From positions 256,001 to 320,000 of the forward strand of contig JANRKO010000006.1 of the NCBI GenBank assembly GCA_033763455.1: a stretch of 64,000 nucleotides of DNA, in the 5' to 3' direction. A program made the position numbers and the translations under genes. Origin of the DNA: Polyangiaceae bacterium (GTDB lineage: Bacteria; Myxococcota_A; Polyangia; Polyangiales; Polyangiaceae). The notes under the pieces were generated by a model that ran no database searches, had not been told where the DNA came from, and saw only the letters and a list, made by a program, of their open reading frames with translations. Shown here one piece after another: positions 1 to 9,726 of the stretch (its first letter is position 1; each line of letters opens with the position of its first letter).

Positions 1-1017
1 CCCGGGTTGGGTACGGCCAGCGCGGCCGGCGCGTTGAATCGCCGAGGCTTGGCTCACCTTCACCAATTTTAGCTGGGAAACCCCCGTGTACGGCGAATGT
101 TCGGCCTGCCGCATCAAGCCCGAATCAATGACAGTGGTGACGCCCGGAACCGTGACGGAAGCCTCGGCGATATTCGTGCAAATCACGATTTTTCGACGCG
201 AGCTCGGGCCGAGAACACTCACTTGTTCCTTGAGCGGTAAGTCTCCGTGGAGTGGGAAAACGGTTACGTTGGCCTCGCGCGCGAGGCTCTCAAGCGCGCC
301 CATGGCTAGGCGGATCTCACGTGCACCCGGTACGAAGACTAAGATGTCCCCTTCGCTCTCACGCATTAGGCATTGACGGACGGCACTCACGATCTGCTTT
401 TCGAGTGGGCGATCATCGGGCTTGTCTTGATGTTCAATTGTGAGCGGAAAAAGGCGACCTTCGCTCCGCACCCGCGCACAGTTATCGAGCTCGGCCGCCA
501 ATCGATCTCCCTCGAGCGTTGCGCTCATGACGACGATTCGAAGATCAGGGCGCGCTGTGCGCTGTAGTTCTATGAGGCGAGCGAGGCACACGTCGGAGGG
601 CAGGCTGCGTTCGTGAAATTCATCGAGCACTACCGCCCCCACAGAAGCGAGTGCACCAGGTCGCAGAAGTTCCCTCAAGAGCAGCCCAAAGGTAACAAAC
701 CTAACGCGCGTTTTTTCGCCGCGGAGCTCTTCAAAGCGGACGCTGTAGCCAACCGTTTCTCCCGGGCGTTCTCCCAGCTCGAACGCCGCTCGCTCGGCCG
801 CAAGCCTGGCGGCGATTCGCCGCGGCTCGCCCACGATGATTTCCTTGCCCTTGCCAACGACGTCGAGCATCGCCAAAGGTGCGCGAGTTGTCTTTCCCGC
901 TCCCGGAGGGGCCTCCAGCACCAGCGTTGGTTTTTGTTTCAAGAGCGTCACGAACTCGCCCAACACATCATCGATAGGTAAGGCGTTCCTCGGCCTTGGT
1001 TGTTTCGGGTTCGTCAT
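1..1017 (-). CDS. hrpB: ATP-dependent DEAH-box helicase HrpB, N-terminal part (runs off the left edge; absent from the ORF track)
   Basis: Manual translation from ATG 1017 gives MTNPKQPRPRNALPIDDVL..., Walker A EAPPGAGKTT, EPRRIAAR, VGYSVRFE, LDEFHER, MSAT, TNIAEASVTVPG and QRAGRAGR. There is no stop before the window edge. Confidence 0.93.
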   Translation of the reverse strand, partial: MTNPKQPRPRNALPIDDVLGEFVTLLKQKPTLVLEAPPGAGKTTRAPLAMLDVVGKGKEIIVGEPRRIAARLAAERAAFELGERPGETVGYSVRFEELRGEKTRVRFVTFGLLLRELLRPGALASVGAVVLDEFHERSLPSDVCLARLIELQRTARPDLRIVVMSATLEGDRLAAELDNCARVRSEGRLFPLTIEHQDKPDDRPLEKQIVSAVRQCLMRESEGDILVFVPGAREIRLAMGALESLAREANVTVFPLHGDLPLKEQVSVLGPSSRRKIVICTNIAEASVTVPGVTTVIDSGLMRQAEHSPYTGVSQLKLVKVSQASAIQRAGRAGRTQPG

Positions 1018-1095
1018 GAGGGCGTGCCCAGAAGCTAGCCCGGGCTAAGCTAGGCTCCAAGGTCGGCCGTATTATTGCTAGAGTTGGCTCAGCGC

Positions 1096-1758
1096 ATGTC
1101 TAACGAATCCCACGCTGCTCTCTTCGACATGGATCGCACGTTAGTGCGCCGCAACACCTCGCAGCTCTACACACGGTATCAGAGGGATATCGGTCAAGCC
1201 GGCCTCGTGGATGCACTCAAGGTTGCCATGTGGATGCTCCGCTACTCCGTCGGGCTGATGGACGCCGAGCGGGTAGCTGAACGTGCATTGCGCAGTTTTC
1301 GTGGGCAAGACGAAGGGGACCTTTTGGCCTCGTGCAAGCGATGGTTCAGCGAATATGTGTTGCCGCATGTAGCGGACGAAGGGCGTCGAGCCATCGAGGC
1401 GCACCGGCAACGCGGCGATACGCTGGTGCTCGTCACGGCCTCAACCCAGTATGCGGCAGTGCCGCTGGCCGAGGAGCTTGGCATTCCGCACGTCATTTGC
1501 ACCAAGCTGGAAGTGCACGAGGGGACACTCACGGGTCGCGTTGATGGCAACGTTTGCTTTGGAAAGAAGAAGATAGACCGAGTCGCTAGCTTGGCGGAAG
1601 AGCATGGCTTCAACCTCAGCACCGCCACGTTCTACTCGGATAGCATCACGGATCTTCCACTGCTTGAGGCGGTGGGGTTGCCGGTGGCTATCAACCCGGA
1701 TGCTCGCCTAAGGCGCATAGCTCGTAAGCGAGACTGGCGGATTGAACGTTGGGGCTAA
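1096..1758 (+). CDS. HAD-superfamily IB hydrolase (SerB-like phosphatase)
   Basis: Motifs FDMDRTL, VTAS, conserved Lys and YSDSITD..LLE.VG.PVAINPD. ATG 1096 is preferred to TTG 1075. Confidence 0.9.
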   Translation: MSNESHAALFDMDRTLVRRNTSQLYTRYQRDIGQAGLVDALKVAMWMLRYSVGLMDAERVAERALRSFRGQDEGDLLASCKRWFSEYVLPHVADEGRRAIEAHRQRGDTLVLVTASTQYAAVPLAEELGIPHVICTKLEVHEGTLTGRVDGNVCFGKKKIDRVASLAEEHGFNLSTATFYSDSITDLPLLEAVGLPVAINPDARLRRIARKRDWRIERWG

Positions 1759-1761
1759 GTT

Positions 1762-2484
1762 CTAGCTTTTCACGCGAATGGCCCAGGTGAGCTTCGCAAG
1801 GCTCTTTATAACAGCGGGCACTCGCCGAAGTAGGTGGATGGAGGGTGGGCGTTTTTCTACTAGTTGCACGGGGATTTCTCGTACGCGAACCTTCGAGCGG
1901 TAGGCTCGGAGCACAAATTCGCTTGCAAACACGTCTTTGTCGACGATGCATGCTTGCAGCACTTCCGCGAGGGCTAAGCGGTGAAATGCCTTGAGCCCAT
2001 GAGTGTCTGTGCCGGGAAACCCAAAGAGCAGTCGCAAAAGCGAAGTGTATGCGTGGCTTGCTGCGTGGCGAAAAAGGGGCCGCGCATCGCGAGCACCGCC
2101 GATAAGCTTGGAGCCGATCACCATGTCGGCCTCACCGTTTCGCAGGAGCTTGAGTGCCTGGGAATAAAAATCAGTATCACACAAGTCGATCTCGTCGCAG
2201 ATGATCCAGGTGCCTTTTGCTGCTTGGATGCCGGACCGAAGTGCTTTGCCGTAGTTGGGCGTACTGGTGCGAATGAGGCGGACCTCGGGATACTTATGGC
2301 AGAGGTCTCGCGCGATACCCGCGGTGTTATCGCTGGAGCCATTTTCCACAAGTAAGAGCTCGTAGCGTAGATCGAGTGGGCGTAGCCGCTCGTGCAAATC
2401 CACGACGGAAGCGTGAAGAAGGCCTTCTTCGTTGTAGATCGGAATAACGATGGAAACTTCTGGGGGAGCGTTCACGCCAGCCAT
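1762..2484 (-). CDS. Glycosyltransferase family 2 (DPM synthase-like)
   Basis: VSIVIPIYNEE, ENGSSD, YGKALRSG and DTHGLKAF motifs. Confidence 0.9.
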   Translation of the reverse strand: MAGVNAPPEVSIVIPIYNEEGLLHASVVDLHERLRPLDLRYELLLVENGSSDNTAGIARDLCHKYPEVRLIRTSTPNYGKALRSGIQAAKGTWIICDEIDLCDTDFYSQALKLLRNGEADMVIGSKLIGGARDARPLFRHAASHAYTSLLRLLFGFPGTDTHGLKAFHRLALAEVLQACIVDKDVFASEFVLRAYRSKVRVREIPVQLVEKRPPSIHLLRRVPAVIKSLAKLTWAIRVKS

Positions 2485-3776
2485 GAGCGTGCGCTTTCTG
2501 CCGCACCTTGCCCGAAAATCAAGGCGTCTTCCATAGAAGAGTAGTTCCAGCCGCCGTAGCGCCCGGCCGAAAGCAGGCGCTCTTGTGCCAGAAAATGCGT
2601 GATGGTGGTGAGTGCCTCGCGGTATGCGTGGTCGTAGATTACGTACGCGTAGTCGATGCGGCGAATGCGTGCGAACGCGACGGCCTCGGGGTTGGCGATG
2701 AAGCCGAGCTCCAGCAAGCCAGCGACTACTTCAGGCAACGTCTGCTCAAGGCTTGGTGCATCACGGGAGGCCAACTCCACATAGAGATTCGAGCAGCCTG
2801 GAGGAGCCATCTCGGCGGAAAAGTTGGAATAACATCCGACGCGATAGAAAGGGTAGTGCGCTTCGGGCACGTAGACCCAATGTAGATCTTGTCCGCAAGG
2901 CACCCGGAGCGCCACGTCCAGGTAGTAGAGGTGTGTAGAGCGGAGCTTTTGTCGTGCTTGCCGCACCTCTTTGGGAACGTCAGCGATAAGGTCCACCAAC
3001 ACGGGAAGTGGCAGGGTACTGATGAGCACCTCGAAAGGTAGGCGCTCCCCGTTGAGGATGAGCTCTCGGCGTGCGAGATCAATGCTTGATGGGGCAGAAT
3101 TCAGCTCAATTGGGGGGAGCTCCCGCTGCATGGCGTGGCTGAGCTCGCCAATGCCGAGGCGGGGGTAGATGAAGTGCGTATTGTATCCGACTTCGCGTAA
3201 AGGTGGACCTAGGGCCCCATTCACTACGTCTTTCAGGCTTGGGAGCGGCACGAAACGCTGACACCACTCACTGGTGATTTCCGAGGGATGCACGCCCCAA
3301 AGCCGGGTGTTGTAAGGAAGCATGAAGCGTTCGCTCATCGCGTTGCCGAAGTGGATGCGGCAAAACTCTTCGAAATTCTGAGGTACAGGCTTTTGGGGGT
3401 GGGTGGCGGCGGCAATGAAGTCCAAAAGGCATGCAGAGATGGTTTCTGGGGGCAACCCGTAGGTGTTAGCCTGAAAGGGGTAGTGCGTGTAAACACCCTG
3501 CGAAAATACACGGCTCTTGCGCGTGATGGATAGGTAATTTCCTTGAAGCCAAGTGTGAACCTTTTCGCGCACACTCGGGTCCCGGAGGTGCAATAGGTGC
3601 CCCGTGCGATCGAAGCGGTAGCCTGCTTCCTCTACAGTAATGGCGTGCCCGCCAACCTGCGTGAGCTTTTCAAAGATGCGAAACGGTACACCCGCCCGCT
3701 GCAGTTCGATCGCTGCGCTCATGCCGGTGAGCCCAGCGCCCAGGATGGCTACCGGCGTGGATCGGCCGCGGCTCAA
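2472..3776 (-). CDS. FAD-dependent oxidoreductase (UDP-galactopyranose mutase / protoporphyrinogen oxidase-like fold)
   Basis: N-terminal ILGAGLTG, E....GG, GYRFD.TGHLLH and C-terminal GRYGGWNYSSMED. The TTG start overlaps the polA stop (TTGA). Confidence 0.8.
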   Translation of the reverse strand: MSRGRSTPVAILGAGLTGMSAAIELQRAGVPFRIFEKLTQVGGHAITVEEAGYRFDRTGHLLHLRDPSVREKVHTWLQGNYLSITRKSRVFSQGVYTHYPFQANTYGLPPETISACLLDFIAAATHPQKPVPQNFEEFCRIHFGNAMSERFMLPYNTRLWGVHPSEITSEWCQRFVPLPSLKDVVNGALGPPLREVGYNTHFIYPRLGIGELSHAMQRELPPIELNSAPSSIDLARRELILNGERLPFEVLISTLPLPVLVDLIADVPKEVRQARQKLRSTHLYYLDVALRVPCGQDLHWVYVPEAHYPFYRVGCYSNFSAEMAPPGCSNLYVELASRDAPSLEQTLPEVVAGLLELGFIANPEAVAFARIRRIDYAYVIYDHAYREALTTITHFLAQERLLSAGRYGGWNYSSMEDALIFGQGAAESARSWLA

Positions 3777-6508
3777 TGTGCGTCCTTCCAGTTTCCTCCG
3801 TGTCCGACGTCCACGACGAGGGGTACCTTGAGCGCGTACACGGATTCCATCGTGTGCTTGATCTTTGCCTCGGCTTCTTCCACCTCGCCTTCGGGTACCT
3901 CAAATACGAGTTCATCGTGAACGGTTAGAATCATCTTCGTTCCGGCCGTTACGGGCGTTCGAAGAGCTAGCATTGCCAGCTTCAAAAGATCGGCCGCGGT
4001 GCCTTGAATGGGCATGTTCATGGCAATGCGCTCGGCCGCAAGACGTTTCGCGCGGTTGCCGCTTGAGATGTCTGGCACCAGGCGACGCCGTCCCAACAAG
4101 CTGCGCACTGCTTCGCCGGCGCGGGCGCTTTCGAGGGTTTCGTTCATGAAGCGCTGCACGCCAGCGTGGCGCCTGAAATAAGCCGCAATAAAGCTGCCTG
4201 CTTCTGCGCGAGAAATGCCGAGGGATTTGGCCAGGCCGCTGTCCCCCTGGCCGTAGATAACTCCGAAGTTAACCGCCTTGGCGCGCGTTCGATGTTCGCG
4301 TGTTACCTCATCGGCACCAAGCTCAAATATTTCCATCGCTGTACGCGTGTGAATATCTTGCCCAGTACCAAAGGCTTCCAGCAAAACTTGGTCGTTGGAA
4401 AGGTGGGCGAGCACGCGGAGCTCGATCTGAGAATAATCTGCGCTCACCAGTACGTGCCCCGGCGGTGCCACGAAAGCTGCGCGGATGTCTCGGCCAAGCT
4501 CAGTGCGGATTGGAATGTTCTGCAGGTTCGGGTCGATGGAAGAAAGGCGCCCAGTGGCGGCAACGGCTTGCTCCCAGCGCGTGTGGACACGCCCCGTCTT
4601 CGGGCGAACCAAGAGCGGCAGTGCATCGATATAGGTGCCCTTGAGTTTAGAGTATTGCCTCAGTTCGAGGATAAGAGCGGGTAGGGGGTGTTCGTCCGCA
4701 AGCGACTCCAACGTCTCGTGATCGGTTGACCGGGACGTCTTGGTGCGCTTGAGGGGCTTCAGCTTGAACTCATCAAACAGCACGGTTTCAAGCTGGCGCG
4801 GTGAATTGACGTTGAATTCGTGTCCGGCGAGCGCATGCGCTCGTTTTTCAAGATCTGCCAGCAGAAGCTCGCAGCGTTTACCGAGCAGGGCCAGCTTGGA
4901 AGTGTCAATGAGCACCCCCACCCCTTCCAGCTCCGCCAGGAGTTGCGCGAGTGGGAGCTCCATTTCTCTCAGCAGAGGCACGAGCCCCACATCGGCGAGG
5001 CGCGGCTCTAGTCGCTCAAAGAGCGCTGCGGTGTGCGTCACTTCTGACGTCAGCTGACGAGCAGCGATGTCGATCGGAAGTTCGGAAGCATCGAGGCGCT
5101 GTCCGCGACTCGGATGCAAAAGTGTGGCGCGCGCGGGCAACTGTACGCCGAGCTCCGCGCTCACGACTGCGGTGAGTTCATGGCTGCCGTCAGGATCGAG
5201 CAAATAGCTAGACAGCTTGACGTCGAAGTCGAATCCCTGGAGGTTAAGCCCAAACGAGCTCAAATCGACTGCGCAACGCTTGAGATCGTAGGCACGCTTC
5301 CGAATGCTGGGGTCGGCGAGAAGTGGTCCGAGGATTCGGCGAATTGGCTCTGACCCGAGGAGTTGGGGAACGCCAAGGTAGCGGTGGCCAACGGGTAAGT
5401 AAAACACTTCCTCGGGACCGGCGAGCAGCGCTATCCCGACGATCTCCGCCGTTCGTTGGATTTCGGTAGTGAAGGTTTCTAGGGCGAGCTGCTTGGTGGT
5501 GCGTGCGAGCTCTACTAGGCGGTTCAAATCGGCTTCGTGGAATATGGTAGTGAGCTTCGGATCGAGCTTCGGTGCTGGTGTGGCTGCAGGCAAGGAGCTA
5601 GCGGTGGAGTTTGCGCTCGGCAGAGGGGAGCTCGGCTCCAACAAATTGAGCTGACGAATAAAACCGAGTTCGGCGTAGATTCGAGTCAACTCTGTGTCAT
5701 TCGGCTTCCCAGGGCGTAGCGACTCAACGTCACACTGGATGGGACAATCTCTCTTTAGTTCCACGAGGCGGCGGCTGAGGAATGCTTGCTCGCGGTGTTC
5801 GCTGAGCGTTTTGCGTACCGCTTTGGACTTGATCTCGTCGAGGTGATCGTAGACTCCCGCCAAGGTGCCGCACTGATTCAGCAAGTCTTTGGCCGTTTTT
5901 GGGCCAATATGCGGCACGCCGGGAATATTGTCGGAGCTGTCCCCCATGAGTCCCAGGAGGTCCCCCACCTGCTCCACGCGCACCCCAAAGCGCTCTTCCA
6001 CTTCCGGAGGCCCGAACACTTTGTTCCTCAGTGTGTCCCAGAGCAACACGCGAGGACTTACGAGCTGCATCAAGTCTTTGTCAGCTGCCGCGATCACCAC
6101 ACGCAGGTTCATCGCTAAAGTTCTCTCCACGAGGGTTGCGATGAGGTCGTCCGCCTCCACTCCTGCTTGTTTGAAGATGGGGAGCCCTCGGGCCGCGACG
6201 ATCTGCTCGCAGCGCTGAAGCTGTTGGCGGAGATCGGGCGGCGAAGGTGGCCGGTTTGCTTTGTATTCAGGATAGATCTCTTTTCGGAACGTTTCGCGCC
6301 CCGAGTCCATGGCCACGGCGAGCAACTGTGGTTTCTGAGTTCTGAGTAGGCGGTCGAGCATGTTGACCATGCCGTGCACAGCGTGAGTGGGTTCACCGCT
6401 CGGTGCGTGCAGTTCGCTAATCGCGTGATAGGCGCGCAGCACGTAGTTCGATAGGTCGATGACGTAGAGCACGTCGCTCGCGCCGGGGGGGAAAAGGCTG
6501 GTTGCCAT
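3773..6508 (-). CDS. polA: DNA polymerase I
   Basis: 5'-3' exonuclease motifs (EYKANR, EADDLIATL, GDSSDNIPGV) and polymerase motifs (TGRLSS.DPNLQNIP, ADYSQIELR, RAKAVNFGVIYG, VHDELVFE). ATG 6508 is preferred to TTG 6577. Confidence 0.98.
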   Translation of the reverse strand: MATSLFPPGASDVLYVIDLSNYVLRAYHAISELHAPSGEPTHAVHGMVNMLDRLLRTQKPQLLAVAMDSGRETFRKEIYPEYKANRPPSPPDLRQQLQRCEQIVAARGLPIFKQAGVEADDLIATLVERTLAMNLRVVIAAADKDLMQLVSPRVLLWDTLRNKVFGPPEVEERFGVRVEQVGDLLGLMGDSSDNIPGVPHIGPKTAKDLLNQCGTLAGVYDHLDEIKSKAVRKTLSEHREQAFLSRRLVELKRDCPIQCDVESLRPGKPNDTELTRIYAELGFIRQLNLLEPSSPLPSANSTASSLPAATPAPKLDPKLTTIFHEADLNRLVELARTTKQLALETFTTEIQRTAEIVGIALLAGPEEVFYLPVGHRYLGVPQLLGSEPIRRILGPLLADPSIRKRAYDLKRCAVDLSSFGLNLQGFDFDVKLSSYLLDPDGSHELTAVVSAELGVQLPARATLLHPSRGQRLDASELPIDIAARQLTSEVTHTAALFERLEPRLADVGLVPLLREMELPLAQLLAELEGVGVLIDTSKLALLGKRCELLLADLEKRAHALAGHEFNVNSPRQLETVLFDEFKLKPLKRTKTSRSTDHETLESLADEHPLPALILELRQYSKLKGTYIDALPLLVRPKTGRVHTRWEQAVAATGRLSSIDPNLQNIPIRTELGRDIRAAFVAPPGHVLVSADYSQIELRVLAHLSNDQVLLEAFGTGQDIHTRTAMEIFELGADEVTREHRTRAKAVNFGVIYGQGDSGLAKSLGISRAEAGSFIAAYFRRHAGVQRFMNETLESARAGEAVRSLLGRRRLVPDISSGNRAKRLAAERIAMNMPIQGTAADLLKLAMLALRTPVTAGTKMILTVHDELVFEVPEGEVEEAEAKIKHTMESVYALKVPLVVDVGHGGNWKDAH

Positions 6509-6705
6509 GACCCGCCTGTTAGCAGATGAGGAGATCGGCAGAAGGGGGCGGCGGGTGCAGTCCGAACCGGGCGCCAACAGAGGCGGTCCGCATGCTCAGT
6601 ACTGCTCAAAAATACAGCGAGAGTGTAAGTGCGACAAGGTCGTGCAAAGAATTACATTTCGGTGACATTTGGCGTTTTGCGAGCTGGTAACTGAGCTGGG
6701 CCCTC

Positions 6706-8223
6706 ATGGAAATACTGTTCGTTTGCGTTTACTTGGTTGTTCTGCTCGCCCTGTGTACCTACGGCCTGCATCGGGCCTACTTGGCGGTCATGTGTTGGCG
6801 TACCCGTCGGTTCGTTGAACGCATCGCGGAGATTCGGCCCACCCCCGAGGCGGATTTGCCTCGCGTTACTGTGCAGCTCCCCCTCTATAACGAGGCGACC
6901 GTCGTGGAACGCTTGATCGAGGCGACGGGCAAGCTCGACTACCCGGCTCACCTGTTCGAGATCCAGGTGTTGGATGATTCTAGCGATGAGACGTGTGCCC
7001 TGGCGAAGGCCGCTGTGGAGCGGCTCGTGCAGCGTGGGGTGGATGCAAAGTATGTGCGCCGTGCCGATCGAGTTGGGTACAAGGCGGGCGCGTTGGATTT
7101 TGGTTTAAAGACCGCGAAGGGTGAACTCATCGCGATCTTCGATGCGGACTTTGTCCCGCAGCCTTCTTTCCTACGTACGTTAGTGGCCCACTTTAGAAAT
7201 CCCAAAGTTGCCGTTGTGCAGACGCGGTGGGCGCACATGAATCGGGATCACAGCTTGCTTACGAGCATTCAGGCACTCATGCTGGATGGGCACCATCTCA
7301 TTGAGAACCGCTCGCGCTTTTCAGCCGGTTTGATGTTCAACTTCTCCGGAACGGGCGGCATCTGGCGCAAAGAAGCGATCGCGGATGCGGGTGGCTGGCA
7401 ACATGACACGCTTACAGAAGATCTAGATCTCTCTTATCGCGCCCAGTTGCGTGGCTGGCAGTTCATTTATCGTCCGGATGTGCTCACGCCCTCCGAGCTG
7501 CCGGAGGAGCTTTCGGCGCTGCGCGCGCAGCAGTATCGTTGGGCAAAGGGCACCGTGCAGACAGCGCGAAAGTTGCTAGGCACGGTGCTTCGGTCGAAGG
7601 TCTCCACGAAGCAGAAAGTGGAAGCCTGCTTTCACATGTTGCCGCACTTTGCGTACCCGCTCATGCTCCTTTTGACGGTGCTACTGTTGCCATCGTTGGT
7701 TTATTTGCCGGCGGTAGATCTGCAGACGATGTTGATTGTCGATTTGCCGTTCTGTATTGGAGCGACAGGATCGTTGATCGCGTTCTACTGCTTGGCGGAA
7801 GTAAGCCAGGGGCGCTCAGCTTGGGCGGCGCTCGTTCGGTTGCCAGCTTTGATCGCGCTCGGTGCAGGCCTTTCGCCGCACCTTACGGGTGCTGTGTTGG
7901 GCGGTGTCCGTTCGATGGCGGGTGAGTTCGTGCGCACGCCCAAGCGCGGCTCGAATGCCGCCCGCTATCGCGAGGGTGTGAAGTGGCCTTTTGTTGAAGC
8001 CTTCTTCTCCGTTTATTGCATGGTGAGTGTGGTGGTGTCGGTCGCCACTAGCCATTGGTTTGCTACCCCGTTCGCTTTCCTCTTCTCACTGGGCTACGGC
8101 TACGTGGCCGTCCAGTTGTCGCTTGAGCTAGCTGAGGGGCGGCGCTCGGTTCGTGCCAAAGTCTCCGCGCCCGCTGCTCGGGGCGCGCTTGAACCTGGTG
8201 TTGACATGGCGCGTGCAGCGTAA
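6706..8223 (+). CDS. Processive GT2 glycosyltransferase, cellulose synthase-like, multi-TM
   Basis: QLPLYNE, LDDS, GYKAGAL, FDADF, TEDLDL and QQYRW (QxxRW). Hydrophobic helices at both termini. Confidence 0.92.
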   Translation: MEILFVCVYLVVLLALCTYGLHRAYLAVMCWRTRRFVERIAEIRPTPEADLPRVTVQLPLYNEATVVERLIEATGKLDYPAHLFEIQVLDDSSDETCALAKAAVERLVQRGVDAKYVRRADRVGYKAGALDFGLKTAKGELIAIFDADFVPQPSFLRTLVAHFRNPKVAVVQTRWAHMNRDHSLLTSIQALMLDGHHLIENRSRFSAGLMFNFSGTGGIWRKEAIADAGGWQHDTLTEDLDLSYRAQLRGWQFIYRPDVLTPSELPEELSALRAQQYRWAKGTVQTARKLLGTVLRSKVSTKQKVEACFHMLPHFAYPLMLLLTVLLLPSLVYLPAVDLQTMLIVDLPFCIGATGSLIAFYCLAEVSQGRSAWAALVRLPALIALGAGLSPHLTGAVLGGVRSMAGEFVRTPKRGSNAARYREGVKWPFVEAFFSVYCMVSVVVSVATSHWFATPFAFLFSLGYGYVAVQLSLELAEGRRSVRAKVSAPAARGALEPGVDMARAA

Positions 8224-8408
8224 GATTCGTACCGGCCATGCCTGAGCTTCGGGGGGCTCAGGTAAGCCGTACGTGGGGAACCTGAAGCTGGAAACGGCCT
8301 CTCGGGAGGTGAGAGGCGCCAGCCTGGACATTTGGGGCGGGCTGGGTACTATCTAAGGTGCTCGTTAGGTGTGGGCCTAACGGGAGTGCTCAACGCCCAG
8401 TCAATCGC

Positions 8409-8738
8409 ATGACCAAGGCCGACATCGTACAAGCCGTTTATACGAAGTTGGGCGGATTCTCGAAAAAAGAGTCCGCGGACCTTGTGGACTTGGTATTTGA
8501 AACCATCAAGCAGACGCTGTCGCGTGGTGAAAAGATTAAAGTTTCCGGATTTGGCAACTTCGTCTTGAGAGATAAGCGGCAGCGCCAGGGGCGAAACCCT
8601 CAGACGGGCCAACCAATCACTATCACTTCGCGTCGTGTCCTGAATTTCAAGGCGAGCCAGCTCCTGAAGCAGGCGCTAAATACGGATGGGCCTGTGGGGT
8701 CGTATTCCACAGCCGGCGCAGCAGAAGACGAGGAATAA
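8409..8738 (+). CDS. ihfA: Integration host factor subunit alpha
   Basis: MTKADIV...KVSGFGNF.LRDKRQRQGRNPQTG.PI.I..RRVL.FKAS. A MerR-like gene follows, the usual ihfA context. Confidence 0.9.
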   Translation: MTKADIVQAVYTKLGGFSKKESADLVDLVFETIKQTLSRGEKIKVSGFGNFVLRDKRQRQGRNPQTGQPITITSRRVLNFKASQLLKQALNTDGPVGSYSTAGAAEDEE

Positions 8739-8744
8739 TAAATC

Positions 8745-9131
8745 GTGTCCGAAGTTTTGCAGGACCAACCGCTCGTCAAGCTCTACTATCGGATCGGTGA
8801 AGTTTCAGAGATCGTTGGTGTAGAGCCGCACGTGCTCCGCTACTGGGAAACCGAATTTCGGTCGATTCGTCCCCAGAAGTCCCGAAAAGGGCAGCGCATC
8901 TACTCGCGCAAAGACGTTGAACGGCTCTTGAAGGTGAAGGATCTCTTGTACACCCACGGGTACACGATAGCCGGGGCACGAAAGAGGCTGCGCACAGTAG
9001 GCGATGAGCCCCAGCCCCAGGAAGATCCCACACGCTCCGCCCTTCGGGGGATCCGCCAAAGCTTGCTTGCTATTCGCGCCGAGGCACAGGCTCTGCTCCA
9101 AGAAGTCCAGGGGCCACGTTCCCCGCTTTGA
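8745..9131 (+). CDS. MerR-family HTH transcriptional regulator
   Basis: [30 protein letters not shown]...GQRIY and GYTIAGAR. Confidence 0.92.
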   Translation: MSEVLQDQPLVKLYYRIGEVSEIVGVEPHVLRYWETEFRSIRPQKSRKGQRIYSRKDVERLLKVKDLLYTHGYTIAGARKRLRTVGDEPQPQEDPTRSALRGIRQSLLAIRAEAQALLQEVQGPRSPL

Positions 9132-9255
9132 GAAGCCCGGTCGAAGCCTCGCAAAGCGCTGGGGGCCGGGCGGGGTAGGACAGACAAAGTCCCGGCTGCG
9201 GTTGCTTTCAAACCCAAAACGTCACACGGTTCGGCTTCATTGAAGGAGCAATTTT

Positions 9256-9726
9256 ATGGCTGAAGGTTTGAACCGCGTGATGCTCTTGGGGAACCTCGGG
9301 CAAGATCCAGAGCTCAAGGTAACAGGCGGTGGGCAATCAGTGCTCAAGCTGCGCTTGGCAACACCCGAGCGTTACTTGGACAAGAATAAATCGTGGCAAG
9401 AACGCACCGAGTGGCACAGCGTGGTTGTTTGGGGCAAGCGCGCTGAGGCACTCAGCAAATTCCTGACAAAGGGGTCGCGGATTTTCGTGGAAGGTGGCAT
9501 TCGTTCGTCGAGCTACGACGATAAAGACGGGCAGAAGCGGTACCGTACCGAGATTGTCGCGAACAACATCATCCTTGCTGGCGGCGGGGGAGGCGGGCGT
9601 TCGGGTGGTGGCGGCGCACCGCGCGGCGACGAATCGAGCGGCTCGTCTCACGCTGGGTCGAGCCACGATGCCAACTACGACGATGCGGATTACGGTGGTG
9701 GCTCGGACGATGACATCCCGTTTTGA
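9256..9726 (+). CDS. ssb: Single-stranded DNA-binding protein
   Basis: LNRVMLLGNLGQDPE, ERTEWH, KGSRIFVEG, a Gly-rich linker and C-terminal DDDIPF. AAGGAG SD upstream. Confidence 0.97.
   Translation: MAEGLNRVMLLGNLGQDPELKVTGGGQSVLKLRLATPERYLDKNKSWQERTEWHSVVVWGKRAEALSKFLTKGSRIFVEGGIRSSSYDDKDGQKRYRTEIVANNIILAGGGGGGRSGGGGAPRGDESSGSSHAGSSHDANYDDADYGGGSDDDIPF

Noticed and set aside
86..1048. Plus-strand ORFs at the left edge
   Set aside because: They are antisense shadows of hrpB.
8201..8226. TTGACA...TAAGAT promoter-like pair
   Set aside because: The 14-bp spacer is too short.
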